64,000 bases of DNA from Bdellovibrio sp. GTDB taxonomy: Bacteria; Bdellovibrionota; Bdellovibrionia; Bdellovibrionales; Bdellovibrionaceae. Shown here in pieces: positions 48,192 to 58,255 of the stretch (positions are counted from its first letter, which is position 1; every line of letters begins with the position of its first letter). The notes under the pieces are model-generated. The model saw only the letters and a list, made by a program, of their open reading frames with translations, was not told the DNA's origin and ran no database searches. The stretch covers positions 384,001 through 448,000 of the forward strand of contig JAKFBS010000001.1 in assembly GCA_036677065.1 (NCBI GenBank), given 5' to 3'. A program made the translations under genes and the position numbers.

Positions 48192-49595
48192 ATGAAAAAA
48201 GCAAAGATCTTAATGATTGATGATGATAAAGATATTCAAGAACTTATCTCTAGTTTTTTTAAAGTTCGTAACTACGATGTTATCTGTTACGACGACGCGC
48301 AAACAGCCTTAGAAGACATCAGCAGCGCCAAAGTTAAAGGTGACGTGATTATCACAGACTTAATGTTGCCAGGTATTTCAGGGATCGAATTCACACAGCG
48401 CCTAAAAGTTTTAGGTAGCGAAATACCGATTATTTTAATCACAGCTAACAAAAAAGTAGAAACTGCAGTGGAAGCCATCGCTGCCGGCGCTTACGACTTC
48501 GTTGTTAAGCCATTACATTTTCCACAATTATTAGTTTCAGTTGAAAGAGCCCTTTATTTAACACGTGTTGAAGAAGAAAATTCGACTCTTAAATCTGTAG
48601 TGCAGTTGCAAGAAGGGCATAACAGTCTAGAAGGTATTATCGGTAAAAGTGCAGGTATCAAAAATGCGCTTGAGTTGGCTCGTCGGGTATCGCAATCCAA
48701 TGCCAATATTTTAATTACCGGCGAGAGCGGCGTGGGTAAAGAAGTCATCGCTAAAGCCATTCATAATATGGGTTCACGTAAAAAAGCTCCGTTTGTCGCA
48801 ATCAATTGCTCGGCAATTCCTGAAAATCTTTTAGAATCAGAACTATTTGGTCATTCTAAGGGGGCCTTCACCGGAGCGATCGATAAAAAAATGGGTTTAT
48901 TTGAAGAAGCCGATGGCGGAACACTTTTCTTAGACGAGATCGGTGATCTCACATTGCCATTACAGGCAAAAATTCTACGTGTTTTACAAGAAAAGAAAAT
49001 TAAACGTATCGGTGAAAATCAATACCGCAGCGTGAATGTTCGTATTCTGTCAGCGACCCATAAAAACTTACGCCAAGAAATCATTGATCGTAATTTTCGC
49101 GAAGATTTATTTTTTCGTTTAAATGTGATTCCGATTTGGATTCCGCCTTTACGTGAACGTAAAGAAGATATCTTGCCGCTTTCAGAATTTTTCTTACGTA
49201 AATATTCGGCGTTAAATAACACCAAGATCAAGCAGTTCAGCAAAGAAGCCCATGACTATTTGGTGACGAATACTTGGCCGGGTAACGTGCGTGAACTTGA
49301 AAACACGATTGAGCGTGCGATTGTTCTTTCTAATTCGGCCTTAATTCGCTTAGAAGACGTGTGTTCTGCTGAAAACCGCAGTTCTGGCGAAAATAAAGAA
49401 GAGGCGGGCTTACGCTTTCCTGCGTTTGGTAATGCCAAGGTGCTAACTGTTGAGCAGTTAGTAAATAAATACGTGCAGCATGTGTTAGATCTAAATAACG
49501 GCGCTAAAGAAAAGACCGCACGTGATCTGCAAATCGATCGTAAAACGCTCTACAGGCGCCTACGCGAGATCGATAACCATCAGCTAGAGCACTAG
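48192..49595 (+). CDS. sigma54-dependent Fis/NtrC-family response regulator (REC-AAA+-HTH)
   Basis: IDDD, TDLMLP, GESGVGKE, ESELFGH, GAFTGA, WPGNVREL, TAR.LQIDRKTLYRRL. Confidence 0.96.
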   Translation: MKKAKILMIDDDKDIQELISSFFKVRNYDVICYDDAQTALEDISSAKVKGDVIITDLMLPGISGIEFTQRLKVLGSEIPIILITANKKVETAVEAIAAGAYDFVVKPLHFPQLLVSVERALYLTRVEEENSTLKSVVQLQEGHNSLEGIIGKSAGIKNALELARRVSQSNANILITGESGVGKEVIAKAIHNMGSRKKAPFVAINCSAIPENLLESELFGHSKGAFTGAIDKKMGLFEEADGGTLFLDEIGDLTLPLQAKILRVLQEKKIKRIGENQYRSVNVRILSATHKNLRQEIIDRNFREDLFFRLNVIPIWIPPLRERKEDILPLSEFFLRKYSALNNTKIKQFSKEAHDYLVTNTWPGNVRELENTIERAIVLSNSALIRLEDVCSAENRSSGENKEEAGLRFPAFGNAKVLTVEQLVNKYVQHVLDLNNGAKEKTARDLQIDRKTLYRRLREIDNHQLEH

Positions 49596-49606
49596 GGTGG
49601 TTGCAT

Positions 49607-49645
49607 AAAAAAAGCCTTCTACAGTTTGGTAGAAGGCTTTTTTTT
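49607..49645. terminator. Bidirectional rho-independent terminator
   Basis: A-run + agccttctac/gtagaaggct stem + T-run between convergent genes. Confidence 0.9.
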
Positions 49646-49662
49646 AACTAAAAATTATAAAA

Positions 49663-49941
49663 TTAAACGTGGGCGTTTTGAATTGCTGTAGAAAATTTTT
49701 CGACCAGCTCTTTTAATTGCGTTAGGTCTTTGGCCTTTGCCGCTTGTTCCATAGCCACGGCTACGCCTGTCAGTTCATCAAAGCCAAAAGTGACTGCGTT
49801 GCCCTTAATTTGATGGCCAATGCGCTCTAGAAAACCAAAATCCTGCTTAGATACGGCTTCATGACAAGCTGTTATATCTTGTTTACGGCGATCTAAATAT
49901 TTTTGGCGAGCTTCAACGGGAACTTGCATAGTGTCTATCAT
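49663..49941 (-). CDS. Hpt (histidine phosphotransfer) protein
   Basis: GHQIKGNA.TFGF..L...A..ME. Confidence 0.88.
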   Translation of the reverse strand: MIDTMQVPVEARQKYLDRRKQDITACHEAVSKQDFGFLERIGHQIKGNAVTFGFDELTGVAVAMEQAAKAKDLTQLKELVEKFSTAIQNAHV

Positions 49942-52075
49942 AAATATCCTTGGCTTTTAAAGCAACTTTTCTAGTTGGTATGTCTTTGGTTGAGTCATTA
50001 ACGATGGTTAAGATTTGTTTTATAAGGGTATCTTGGCTGACAGGTTTTGTTATTAAGCCTATGCATCCTGATTCAAGACTGCTGTTCTTTTCTGCTGATG
50101 AGGCATGGGCCGTCAGGGCTATAATTGGATTTTTAAATCCCTCAATACGCAGACGGCGAGTGGCCTCCAGGCCATCCATTTGCGGAAGCTGAATATCCAT
50201 CAATATTAAGTCGTAGTCTTCTTCGCGCACGCGGCGAATGGCAGAAATTCCATTATCAACCACATCGGGTATAGCACCTACCGAACGTAAGAAAAATTCA
50301 AAGATTTCCTGGTTATCCTCAGAGTCTTCCACAATCAGGATTCTTTTTCCGGCCAATTGGTTGAAATTCTGTAATTGGCTTGAAGCTTGCGTTTGTGCGA
50401 TTCCTGTCATTACAGTTTCTGACCACTTCACATTTTCAATTTCACCACAGGGTATTTTTAATTCAAAAGTAGATCCACGGCCAATACGGCTATCAATCAA
50501 AACAACATCGCCGCCGAATTGTTGAGCCATTCGTTTCGAAACAACAAGTCCTAATCCTATGCCGCCAAAACGACGAGTACTTGAAACGTCGGCCTGTGAA
50601 AAAGATTGAAATAAATCAGCTTGATCGTGCTTAGAAATACCGATGCCAGTATCTTTCACGCGAATAGTAATGAATTTCTGTCCGCTCGGGCTTGATTCAA
50701 TTTTAAAATGTACGCTGACGCCACCATTTTCGGTGAATTTCACCGCATTGCCTAAAAGATTTGTCATGACTTGTTTAACGCGTGATTCGGCAGCCATAAC
50801 GTATTCAGGCAAAACACCTTCGCTCGAAATATCAAATTTAATACCTTTAGCATCAGCGCGATTATTCATCGTAACCAAGACATCTTCAAATAATGATCTT
50901 AACGAAATATTTTGTGTCGTGATCATTATTTTACCAAATTCGATATTTGAAATATCTAAGATATTATCAATGATACCGGTTAAGTGAGAGCTGTTTTTTT
51001 GGATATTTTCGATAAGAACGTGACGCTCATTTTGATTTTCGGTTCGGCTTAATATTTCAGAATACCCAGTGATCGCGTTAAGGGGTGTGCGAATTTCGTG
51101 GCTCATATTCGCTAAAAATGCTGATTTCATGCGATTAGATTCTTCAAGTAGCAGTTTTTCTTTAGCTTCGTGGTTAATAGTATTTTCAAATTGTTTAAAA
51201 AAGCTAAGCAGTAGCCCAATAACTAAGGCTGTGGCTAAAGCCACGATATGGCCTAGATAGCGATCGCTGAGCGAAAGAAAGTCAGGCATGGCCACGACGG
51301 TGATCTTCCAGCGTTTGCCATATAAATCAATTTCTTGAATTTTGTGAAATGATTCGCTGTTCACACTCTGTGAAAAACGTGTATAAGCTAAAGTCTCTTT
51401 CTGGGTTTCAGGATCAATCAAAGTTAACGAAAAATTCACATGCTCTTTGTGAGGATTTGGGTGCCCCAGAATATTCGTAAAAAGATCATCCATTGTTACC
51501 GGAATATATATTAAACCCAGTGATTTTTGCTTACGTTCTTTGATTGTACCTGGTGTTTGCAATTGGCCAAAATACGGTAGCGCTAAAGTCATCGAGAATT
51601 TCTGGTAGTTAGTTTTAGAAGTTTCTGCCTTGAACGGATAAGTTAGGGTAATAGAAGTTGCGTGCAGCGCATTTAAGATATCGGCTTTGTGACTGTTCGG
51701 CAGTTGTTGTGCGAGCTTTTTTAATTGTGCACGTGATGAAAAGCCTAAACCAATCAGCTTATAGGCATCTGATTGCTCCTGTAAACTTTCAGTGAAGCTA
51801 CGAAAGTGTCTATGATCAGGCAGCTGAGTGTGATGGGTATCAAGGTGTGCGCGGGTATAAGCTAAAGAAAAAGCGTAAGTATTTAAACTGTTCGCTAAAG
51901 CCGAAGTCACTGATTCAGTTTCAAACTCGAGGCGATGATTCACATCTTTTTGAATTGATTTGTGGATATGAGTCCAAGAGATAAAGCCAATAATAGTAAG
52001 GCCGGCGATAATCGCCGTGAAAATTTCTTTATCAAAGAAGACTGAAAATGTATTTTTAAGAAAAGACTTTGCCAT
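49913..52075 (-). CDS. Hybrid sensor kinase (CHASE-like, HisKA, HATPase, REC)
   Basis: Two TM segments around a CHASE-like domain (LYGKRWKI), ANMSHEIRTPL, GGIGLGL, MDIQLP; start 52075 (or 52117). Confidence 0.88.
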   Translation of the reverse strand: MAKSFLKNTFSVFFDKEIFTAIIAGLTIIGFISWTHIHKSIQKDVNHRLEFETESVTSALANSLNTYAFSLAYTRAHLDTHHTQLPDHRHFRSFTESLQEQSDAYKLIGLGFSSRAQLKKLAQQLPNSHKADILNALHATSITLTYPFKAETSKTNYQKFSMTLALPYFGQLQTPGTIKERKQKSLGLIYIPVTMDDLFTNILGHPNPHKEHVNFSLTLIDPETQKETLAYTRFSQSVNSESFHKIQEIDLYGKRWKITVVAMPDFLSLSDRYLGHIVALATALVIGLLLSFFKQFENTINHEAKEKLLLEESNRMKSAFLANMSHEIRTPLNAITGYSEILSRTENQNERHVLIENIQKNSSHLTGIIDNILDISNIEFGKIMITTQNISLRSLFEDVLVTMNNRADAKGIKFDISSEGVLPEYVMAAESRVKQVMTNLLGNAVKFTENGGVSVHFKIESSPSGQKFITIRVKDTGIGISKHDQADLFQSFSQADVSSTRRFGGIGLGLVVSKRMAQQFGGDVVLIDSRIGRGSTFELKIPCGEIENVKWSETVMTGIAQTQASSQLQNFNQLAGKRILIVEDSEDNQEIFEFFLRSVGAIPDVVDNGISAIRRVREEDYDLILMDIQLPQMDGLEATRRLRIEGFKNPIIALTAHASSAEKNSSLESGCIGLITKPVSQDTLIKQILTIVNDSTKDIPTRKVALKAKDIYDRHYASSR

Positions 52076-52215
52076 ACAGTTGTTTGATTTTTTACACAGG
52101 GCAAAGGGGGGATTCAAAAAATTAATTTAATATAATTTGAATGGGGCAAATTTCACCAAAGCACCCAATTAAATCACTAAATTGGGCACTTTGCCGCGGT
52201 ATTTGATTACAAAAA

Positions 52216-52407
52216 TTACAAAGATTGCTCAAGACGCAGCAAACGGTGCTCGATCATTCGAGTCATAGGTATGACATAGTCATGCAGAATTTGTTTTGAA
52301 AACTCTTTTATACGTGTCGTAGCTGTAGAGGTCGTTGAGCGATGTGTCGCAGTTTTTTTATCGCCACGTGTGTCTGCGCGATGATGTTTTTTTTGAGTTT
52401 TGGTCAT
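52216..52407 (-). CDS. Small hypothetical protein
   Basis: 63 aa, GGAGG RBS, upstream sigma54-like motif. Confidence 0.6.
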   Translation of the reverse strand: MTKTQKKHHRADTRGDKKTATHRSTTSTATTRIKEFSKQILHDYVIPMTRMIEHRLLRLEQSL

Positions 52408-52448
52408 AATTGCCTCCGTGTTTGAAAAATAAATATTGTAAGCGCTAT

Positions 52449-52489
52449 TGCAATTTGAAAGCCGCGAAGTTGTTGGAAAGAATTTTGCT
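52449..52489. promoter_or_regulatory. Divergent pair of sigma54-like -24/-12 motifs
   Basis: Minus 52449-52464 CGGCTTtcaaaTTGCA; plus 52474-52489 TGGAAAgaattTTGCT. Confidence 0.55.
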
Positions 52490-52503
52490 TAACTTAGTTT
52501 ATT

Positions 52504-53112
52504 ATGGTGAACAAACCCGCTTATGGACGTGATTTTGACCGTGATAAGAACCTAACCTATCGCCCGCAGGATGAATCCGGCGATTTGGAACATATTTCGC
52601 CGTTCTTTGCCCCGATGCCCAGACCAGATAGTGTGGTTAATATTATCATCCGACAGCATCAAGAATTACGCGAATACATTCATGTGCTTAAAATGGCAAA
52701 TTCAACTTCTGCAGAAAAGCAAAGTGCCCTGCTTGATTTTGTGAATCTGTGGCTGGCGCATGCGCAAGCCGAAGAAAACACGCTGTATGAAGAGGTTACT
52801 TTTTCTTCTGAATTAAAACCACTTTTAGATGAAGCTTTTGAAGAACATGCGATCGCCCAAATTTTAATTGAAGAGCTTGAAGCTTTAAACTTTCGTTTAA
52901 ACTGGAATTCTATGATTCAAATTAAAGCAAAGACTTTGGCTGAAGTTGTCGAACATCATCTTAAAAACGAAGAAGAAACCTATTTAAAATTAATTTTAGA
53001 TTTGCTTCCGCAAGAAGATCTGCAATTGCTCGGGCGCGAGTTCGCACGCCAATTTGAAGCAATTGCAGCTCATAACAAAGTCTCACTTAAGCCTTCGCGC
53101 GTTTTATCTTAA
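52504..53112 (+). CDS. Hemerythrin-like (HHE) domain protein
   Basis: QH, HAQAEE..LY, EAFEEH, HHLKNEE. Confidence 0.88.
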   Translation: MVNKPAYGRDFDRDKNLTYRPQDESGDLEHISPFFAPMPRPDSVVNIIIRQHQELREYIHVLKMANSTSAEKQSALLDFVNLWLAHAQAEENTLYEEVTFSSELKPLLDEAFEEHAIAQILIEELEALNFRLNWNSMIQIKAKTLAEVVEHHLKNEEETYLKLILDLLPQEDLQLLGREFARQFEAIAAHNKVSLKPSRVLS

Positions 53113-53120
53113 TCGCTATC

Positions 53121-53429
53121 TTAGTAGTGATGCTGCGAAGCCTTTGTTTGCAGATGGCGAGGCGTCATATTAGAACTAATTTTTTCTAACATCCTTTTAA
53201 AAAATATTTTTACTTTTTTACTAAAAGGATCGTTTTCAAACCAACCCCAATCAGCATTGTATTCAGGAGTCACTCCTCCTTCGTCTTCCCATTTTTCTAG
53301 TTGTAATTCTGTAGGTTCTGGGTGCTGACGTTGTAAAAATTTATCGAACTGTGCTTCTGGATTGGCCGGTTTAAAGTATTTTTCATCAGGCACTTGGTGT
53401 GCGGGGTGAAGAGTTTTATCGTTGCCCAT
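53121..53429 (-). CDS. Hypothetical protein with WEDEGG motif
   Basis: 102 aa, TAAGGAGG RBS, upstream sigma54 motif. Confidence 0.7.
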   Translation of the reverse strand: MGNDKTLHPAHQVPDEKYFKPANPEAQFDKFLQRQHPEPTELQLEKWEDEGGVTPEYNADWGWFENDPFSKKVKIFFKRMLEKISSNMTPRHLQTKASQHHY

Positions 53430-53471
53430 AAAGCCTCCTTAGTTTTTCTTCGCACTAACTAGAAATATAAT

Positions 53472-53537
53472 TGCAAACTTAAGGCCTGCGTCAGTTTGTG
53501 GAACTATGCCCTGGCATCGCGTGGTTATTAAATTGCA
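53472..53537. promoter_or_regulatory. Divergent pair of sigma54-like -24/-12 motifs
   Basis: Minus 53472-53487 AGGCCTtaagtTTGCA; plus 53522-53537 TGGTTAttaaaTTGCA. Confidence 0.5.
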
Positions 53538-53550
53538 GATTAAATGGCAG

Positions 53551-53862
53551 ATGAAATACTTAATTCTGAGTCTGTTTATAACGCCAATAATACCCGTTTC
53601 GGCTGCGCTGAATGGTCGCGAAGGTATTCCGTATCAAGGATCTGAAGATTTAAAAACTACGGCACGTGTGCATGACCGCTTAAAAACCAACGTTCGTAAT
53701 TATAGTAGCGATAGTTTTACAATTTACACCCAAACAGGACGAGTCACCATTCAAGGACGAGTGAAATCGACAGCTGAAGTAAATGATATTATCAAAACAG
53801 CTCATAAAGTTCCGGGGGTAAAACAAGTGATCAATCATCTGATCGTTGATTCAAATTTATAA
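53551..53862 (+). CDS. BON domain protein (OsmY-like)
   Basis: Signal-like N-terminus; GRVTIQGRV.S......A..VPGVKQVINHL. Confidence 0.85.
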   Translation: MKYLILSLFITPIIPVSAALNGREGIPYQGSEDLKTTARVHDRLKTNVRNYSSDSFTIYTQTGRVTIQGRVKSTAEVNDIIKTAHKVPGVKQVINHLIVDSNL

Positions 53863-53873
53863 GGAGTAAGCTT

Positions 53874-54437
53874 ATGGAAAAAAATGTAAATGGCTCAAAT
53901 TCATTATTTAATATTCAGGAAATTCGCCGTCATGCAATGACATCAATGAATCAAGGTGCAGTGACTGGTGATTATCCCTTAGATATAGAAAAAGCCTGCC
54001 AAATTTTAAATGAAGCTTTAGCCACTGAAATTTTATGTGTGTTGCGATACCGCCATCATGCCATTGTGGCAAAAGGTATTAATTTTCCACAAGTTGCTGC
54101 CGAATTTAAAAACCATGCCGCCAATGAAGACGAACATGTTTGGGCTTTAGCAGAGCGTATTGATCAGCTGGGCGGTGATCCTGATATGAATCCAGCAACG
54201 ATTGGGGCTAGATCTGCGACTGAATATGGAAGCTCTGGCGATCTCTTAGAAATGATTCGCGAAGATTTAGTCGCAGAACGTATCGTGATTGAAGTTTATC
54301 GCCAAATGATTGATTGGTTTGGGCATAATGATCCAACGACCAGACGATTGCTTGAAAAAATATTGGCCGATGAAGAAGAGCACGCCAACGATTTGGCCGA
54401 TTTGTTAGTCACCGCAAGTCGTAAAAATTTAAATTAA
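53874..54437 (+). CDS. Ferritin-like / bacterioferritin family protein
   Basis: LNEALATE..CVLRY, E..H...AERI.QLGG.P, EDLVAERI.I..Y, EEEHA.DL. Confidence 0.92.
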   Translation: MEKNVNGSNSLFNIQEIRRHAMTSMNQGAVTGDYPLDIEKACQILNEALATEILCVLRYRHHAIVAKGINFPQVAAEFKNHAANEDEHVWALAERIDQLGGDPDMNPATIGARSATEYGSSGDLLEMIREDLVAERIVIEVYRQMIDWFGHNDPTTRRLLEKILADEEEHANDLADLLVTASRKNLN

Positions 54438-55066
54438 TTTTTTTCTTTTGTAATATTCGGGTATTTTTCTTGGATTAAATATTTTAATCCAAGCATTATG
54501 CCGTAATGACTGCCGGATTCGTTTTGCTTTTCAGTGACAGATAGTCCATAGCGAATATCTGAGATCACAGAATAACGATCACGCTGCCATAATTCAGTCT
54601 GTATTGAGATATCCACACCATAATCAACCGTATCACGAGCTGAGGTATCAATGTTTTCGCCGACTGGAAATTCACTATGTATAATTTGTGGTTGGTTAAG
54701 CGGGTAAGACGATGAAAAAGCTAAAGAAGCAGACCAAAGGGGGCTTATCCAGTAACGGTAGCCCATGGTGATGTGCATAAGTTCAGTTTTTTCTGCAATG
54801 GTGATGTCATTGCTTTCGCGAATATAAACTTTTTGCATGTGAAACATGGCAATTTCCAGAGCACCAATTTCATTAATATCACCCTGAACAATCAGACCAA
54901 GATCGCCAAAAACCGGAGCTTTGGCGCCAGTCGATGAAAAAGGATAATCAGTGCGTGAAACAAACGGGCCGAATATAGCTGTTACGTTACCTTCCTGAGG
55001 TTCGTACGCCAAACTTTCCAGGCAGAACATCAAAAATAGCAGAAATAAAACTTTTACGTTTGTCAT
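54434..55066 (-). CDS. Putative outer-membrane beta-barrel protein
   Basis: Signal peptide; amphipathic strands (GYRYW, GIMLGLKY). Confidence 0.6.
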   Translation of the reverse strand: MTNVKVLFLLFLMFCLESLAYEPQEGNVTAIFGPFVSRTDYPFSSTGAKAPVFGDLGLIVQGDINEIGALEIAMFHMQKVYIRESNDITIAEKTELMHITMGYRYWISPLWSASLAFSSSYPLNQPQIIHSEFPVGENIDTSARDTVDYGVDISIQTELWQRDRYSVISDIRYGLSVTEKQNESGSHYGIMLGLKYLIQEKYPNITKEKN

Positions 55067-55113
55067 AAGGCAAGATTACGGTTGATGATAATAAAAGTAC
55101 AATCAAAAAAATT

Positions 55114-56055
55114 ATGGGGATTTTTCTGCGCAAGTTATTCTTTCTATTGAGCTGTTTTGTCATGAGTTTGCCGGCTTACGCCGAAAAAAAACCTCAGGAT
55201 GCCGAACGCTCTGAGTGGGAAGACATATTTATTCAAAGTAACAAAGATATTTCAACGTGGTTTGACGGTTTTACGGAAGGTATTGATTTGTTTCTGGTCG
55301 GCAAACGCGTCAGCAAAGAAAAAAATAAATCCAGCTTTCGCATTGATAACACCACTACAGTTACTGAAACTGAAAATTTTAATAATAATACAAGTCTTTC
55401 AATTAAGCCGCGCTTGCAGAATCTTGAAGAATTCATGCAGTTAAAATTCACTTCTTACGATGAAAATGAAGAAACCCGCGGGGTTGAAAGTGGTTATTTA
55501 CGTAAAACTCAGCGTAAAAAAAATTACGGGGCAACGGTCGGATTTATTCGTAAATTAGGAAAAGTTCGTACCACATTTCAACCGCGCATCACCCTGCAAG
55601 ATCCGTTAAAAGTCGCGCATTCTTTAGAGTTTGAAAGTGTCGCTGAACATAAAAAGTTTCAAACGAATCCAAAATTTGAATTATTTGCAGATCCAGATAA
55701 GGGGGCCGGAACCTTTCAGGCGGTCAATTTTCATTATGAGATTAATCCGGTGTATGCACTAACTTTTATTAATGAAGGCGAATACCAGGAAAAAATTCAT
55801 AAACTGCTGGTAACTAACGGTATAATCCTTGGTCAGGAGTATTCAGAGAAAACGGGTTTTTCATATGGCTGGATTTTTAATTCACATAATCGCGAAAGAT
55901 ATCATTTAGATGCTCATAATGTTTCTGTAACTTGGCATCAAAATATTTATCGCAACATTTTAGATTTTCAACTAACCCCGCATATAAATTTTGAAAAAAT
56001 TTATCGCTTTAAGGGGCGAACAGGATTAATTTTCAATATCAGCATCAATTACTAA
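55114..56055 (+). CDS. Putative outer-membrane beta-barrel protein
   Basis: Signal peptide (AYA), alternating strands, C-terminal aromatic (FNISINY). Confidence 0.65.
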   Translation: MGIFLRKLFFLLSCFVMSLPAYAEKKPQDAERSEWEDIFIQSNKDISTWFDGFTEGIDLFLVGKRVSKEKNKSSFRIDNTTTVTETENFNNNTSLSIKPRLQNLEEFMQLKFTSYDENEETRGVESGYLRKTQRKKNYGATVGFIRKLGKVRTTFQPRITLQDPLKVAHSLEFESVAEHKKFQTNPKFELFADPDKGAGTFQAVNFHYEINPVYALTFINEGEYQEKIHKLLVTNGIILGQEYSEKTGFSYGWIFNSHNRERYHLDAHNVSVTWHQNIYRNILDFQLTPHINFEKIYRFKGRTGLIFNISINY

Positions 56056-57065
56056 AGTCGTACTAAGGCAGAAGCCCAGGTAAAACCAGCTCCAAACGCC
56101 ACCATCGAAATAGTCATGCCAGGTTTAAGTTTTCCGGCTTCAAAAGCATCCCACATCCCCAAAGGAATAGTCGCCGCCGTGGTGTTGCCGAATTTATGAA
56201 TGGTCGTGTGTGCACGCTCTATCGGAATTTTCATGTCTTCACAGATTTTTTGATTGATGCGCGCATTGGCTTGGTGAAAAAAGTGCATATCCACATCTTT
56301 CAAAGCAATACCAGTGGAGCTTAAAGCTTCGTTTAAGACTTCAGGCATTTTTGTTACGGCATGGCCAAACACCAAACGTCCGTTCATTTGCGGAAAGATC
56401 TGTCCATTATCAATCATTTCATGGGTAATGCGAGTTGGTCCAAATGCGCTTCCAGGAACTGGCATCCATAGTTCAGAGGCCGAAGAACCATCGGCGTGTA
56501 ATTTAGTGGTGAGCACATGTGGATCTTTAGATTCATCTTTAACATCGGTCTGCTGTAAAATCACAGCGCCTGCGCCATCAGCGAAAATAATTGTAACACC
56601 TTTGCCGTTCGGAGATTTATCTAAGCCTTTAGATTGCACTTCACAACCGATCACGACAGCGCATTTGTACTGGCCGCTTGAAATATATAGATTAGCTAGT
56701 GAAATTCCATAAATAAATCCAGAACAAGCTTGGCGAATATCAAAATATGGAATTCCGGGTAAGCCAAGTTTTGCCTGAACAAAAGCGGCACAGCCCGGAA
56801 TATCCGTATCTGGGCTTGAAGTCGCAACAACAATAAGATCAATATCTTTCACATCAATTTTGGCATTTTGGATCGCGACTTTTGCAGCTTCAACAGCTAA
56901 ATCAGACGTGGATTGTTCATCCAAAACCCAGCGGCGCTCAGCAATGCCTGTGCGTTGTTGAATCCATTCATCAGTGGTGTCTAACATTTTTTCAAGATCG
57001 GTATTTTTAATTACTCTTGAAGGAACATACCCACCGAAGCCGGTAATTTTTGCTGCTTTTTTCAT
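56052..57065 (-). CDS. fabH: 3-oxoacyl-ACP synthase III
   Basis: DTTDEWI..RTGI, ACSGF, FADGAGA, HQAN.RI, GNTTAA, FGAGFTW. Confidence 0.95.
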   Translation of the reverse strand: MKKAAKITGFGGYVPSRVIKNTDLEKMLDTTDEWIQQRTGIAERRWVLDEQSTSDLAVEAAKVAIQNAKIDVKDIDLIVVATSSPDTDIPGCAAFVQAKLGLPGIPYFDIRQACSGFIYGISLANLYISSGQYKCAVVIGCEVQSKGLDKSPNGKGVTIIFADGAGAVILQQTDVKDESKDPHVLTTKLHADGSSASELWMPVPGSAFGPTRITHEMIDNGQIFPQMNGRLVFGHAVTKMPEVLNEALSSTGIALKDVDMHFFHQANARINQKICEDMKIPIERAHTTIHKFGNTTAATIPLGMWDAFEAGKLKPGMTISMVAFGAGFTWASALVRL

Positions 57066-57086
57066 ACCTAATTTTAACGAGAATAG

Positions 57087-58229
57087 TTAAACTTTGGCTA
57101 GCTGAAATTTTTCAAATCTATTCAACTCGTCTTCAATGCGTTGTTTTGTCGTCACACTTTTATGTTTACCAATCCAAGTCCACTGTTGAATAAGCAATTT
57201 ACGTTTTTCGCGATCGGTCTTTAAATCTATGACGGCTTTTATTTGGTTATCCACAAGAATTGGTAATGCAAAATATCCGAAAACTCGTTTAGTTTTTGGC
57301 AAATAAGCCTCAAAACGATGGGCATAATTAAAGAAAAATTCTAAACGTTTGCGCTGAATAGTTAAAGGGTCAAAGGGCGATAAAATATGCACTAAATTAG
57401 AAGGTTTTACTTTGTTTTCAAAAATTTCAGGTGTCGTGTATAAAACTGATTTTTCTTGTCCCTTTACAGCGACTTCAATCAATTGCTTTTTTTTGATTCT
57501 GTCAGCAATAAGCGTTTTAACTTCGTTTTTACGCTGCGCTTTTTCTAAGTGGCAAATGCTATCAATATTTACTAAAGCCTGCGAGCGCAAGGCGCGATCT
57601 AACATGTAATTGCTGACTTCTAAGTTGCTGGCAGCTTTTGGTTTGGCTTTCCAGTTAAAATGCCGCGCTGATAATTCGTATTTTTTTAGCATCCCTAAGC
57701 GTTCACTGATAGTCAGTTCGCCAGTATGAAACCCCAGCTGCAAAGCTTTTTTTGAAGGTTTTTTACTGCCCCAGGGATGTTTTTTTTCGACCAAGACCTC
57801 ATCTTCAATATCACGAATAGATAGGGCGCCTTCGCGTTTAATGTTACTGAGCACTTTTTTAAATTCTTCAGGCTGCACAGTTGAAAACCATTGGCCAGGG
57901 TCGTCTTTACGCCGTTTCATATCACCCATAAAAAAACGATAATCACTGGTCGGCACATAGGCCAAAGCGTGGGTCCAATATTCAAAGATTGATTTATCAA
58001 GTGTTTGGGCGCGATGAAGGTCGGGCACTTTGTAATTAGGAATTCGCGTGTATAAAATGTGGTGGTGACAGCGTTCGATGACGCTAATGGTATCAATTTG
58101 CACATAGCCTAAATGAGCCACGGCATTCGCGACAGCCTGCGGCCCTTTGCCAAACGGATTTGCAACGTTCAGACATTGGGCATCGAGCAATAAATCTTGG
58201 GCTTCTGCCTGAGAAATAATTTGAATCAT
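57087..58229 (-). CDS. ycaQ: YcaQ/AlkZ family crosslink-repair DNA glycosylase
   Basis: QIDTISV (QxD motif), FEYWTHA, LSPFDPL...R.R...F...RFEAY.P..KR.FGYFALPIL. Confidence 0.9.
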   Translation of the reverse strand: MIQIISQAEAQDLLLDAQCLNVANPFGKGPQAVANAVAHLGYVQIDTISVIERCHHHILYTRIPNYKVPDLHRAQTLDKSIFEYWTHALAYVPTSDYRFFMGDMKRRKDDPGQWFSTVQPEEFKKVLSNIKREGALSIRDIEDEVLVEKKHPWGSKKPSKKALQLGFHTGELTISERLGMLKKYELSARHFNWKAKPKAASNLEVSNYMLDRALRSQALVNIDSICHLEKAQRKNEVKTLIADRIKKKQLIEVAVKGQEKSVLYTTPEIFENKVKPSNLVHILSPFDPLTIQRKRLEFFFNYAHRFEAYLPKTKRVFGYFALPILVDNQIKAVIDLKTDREKRKLLIQQWTWIGKHKSVTTKQRIEDELNRFEKFQLAKV

Positions 58230-58255
58230 CACGTGTTTCTTTCTAAGATCAATTT

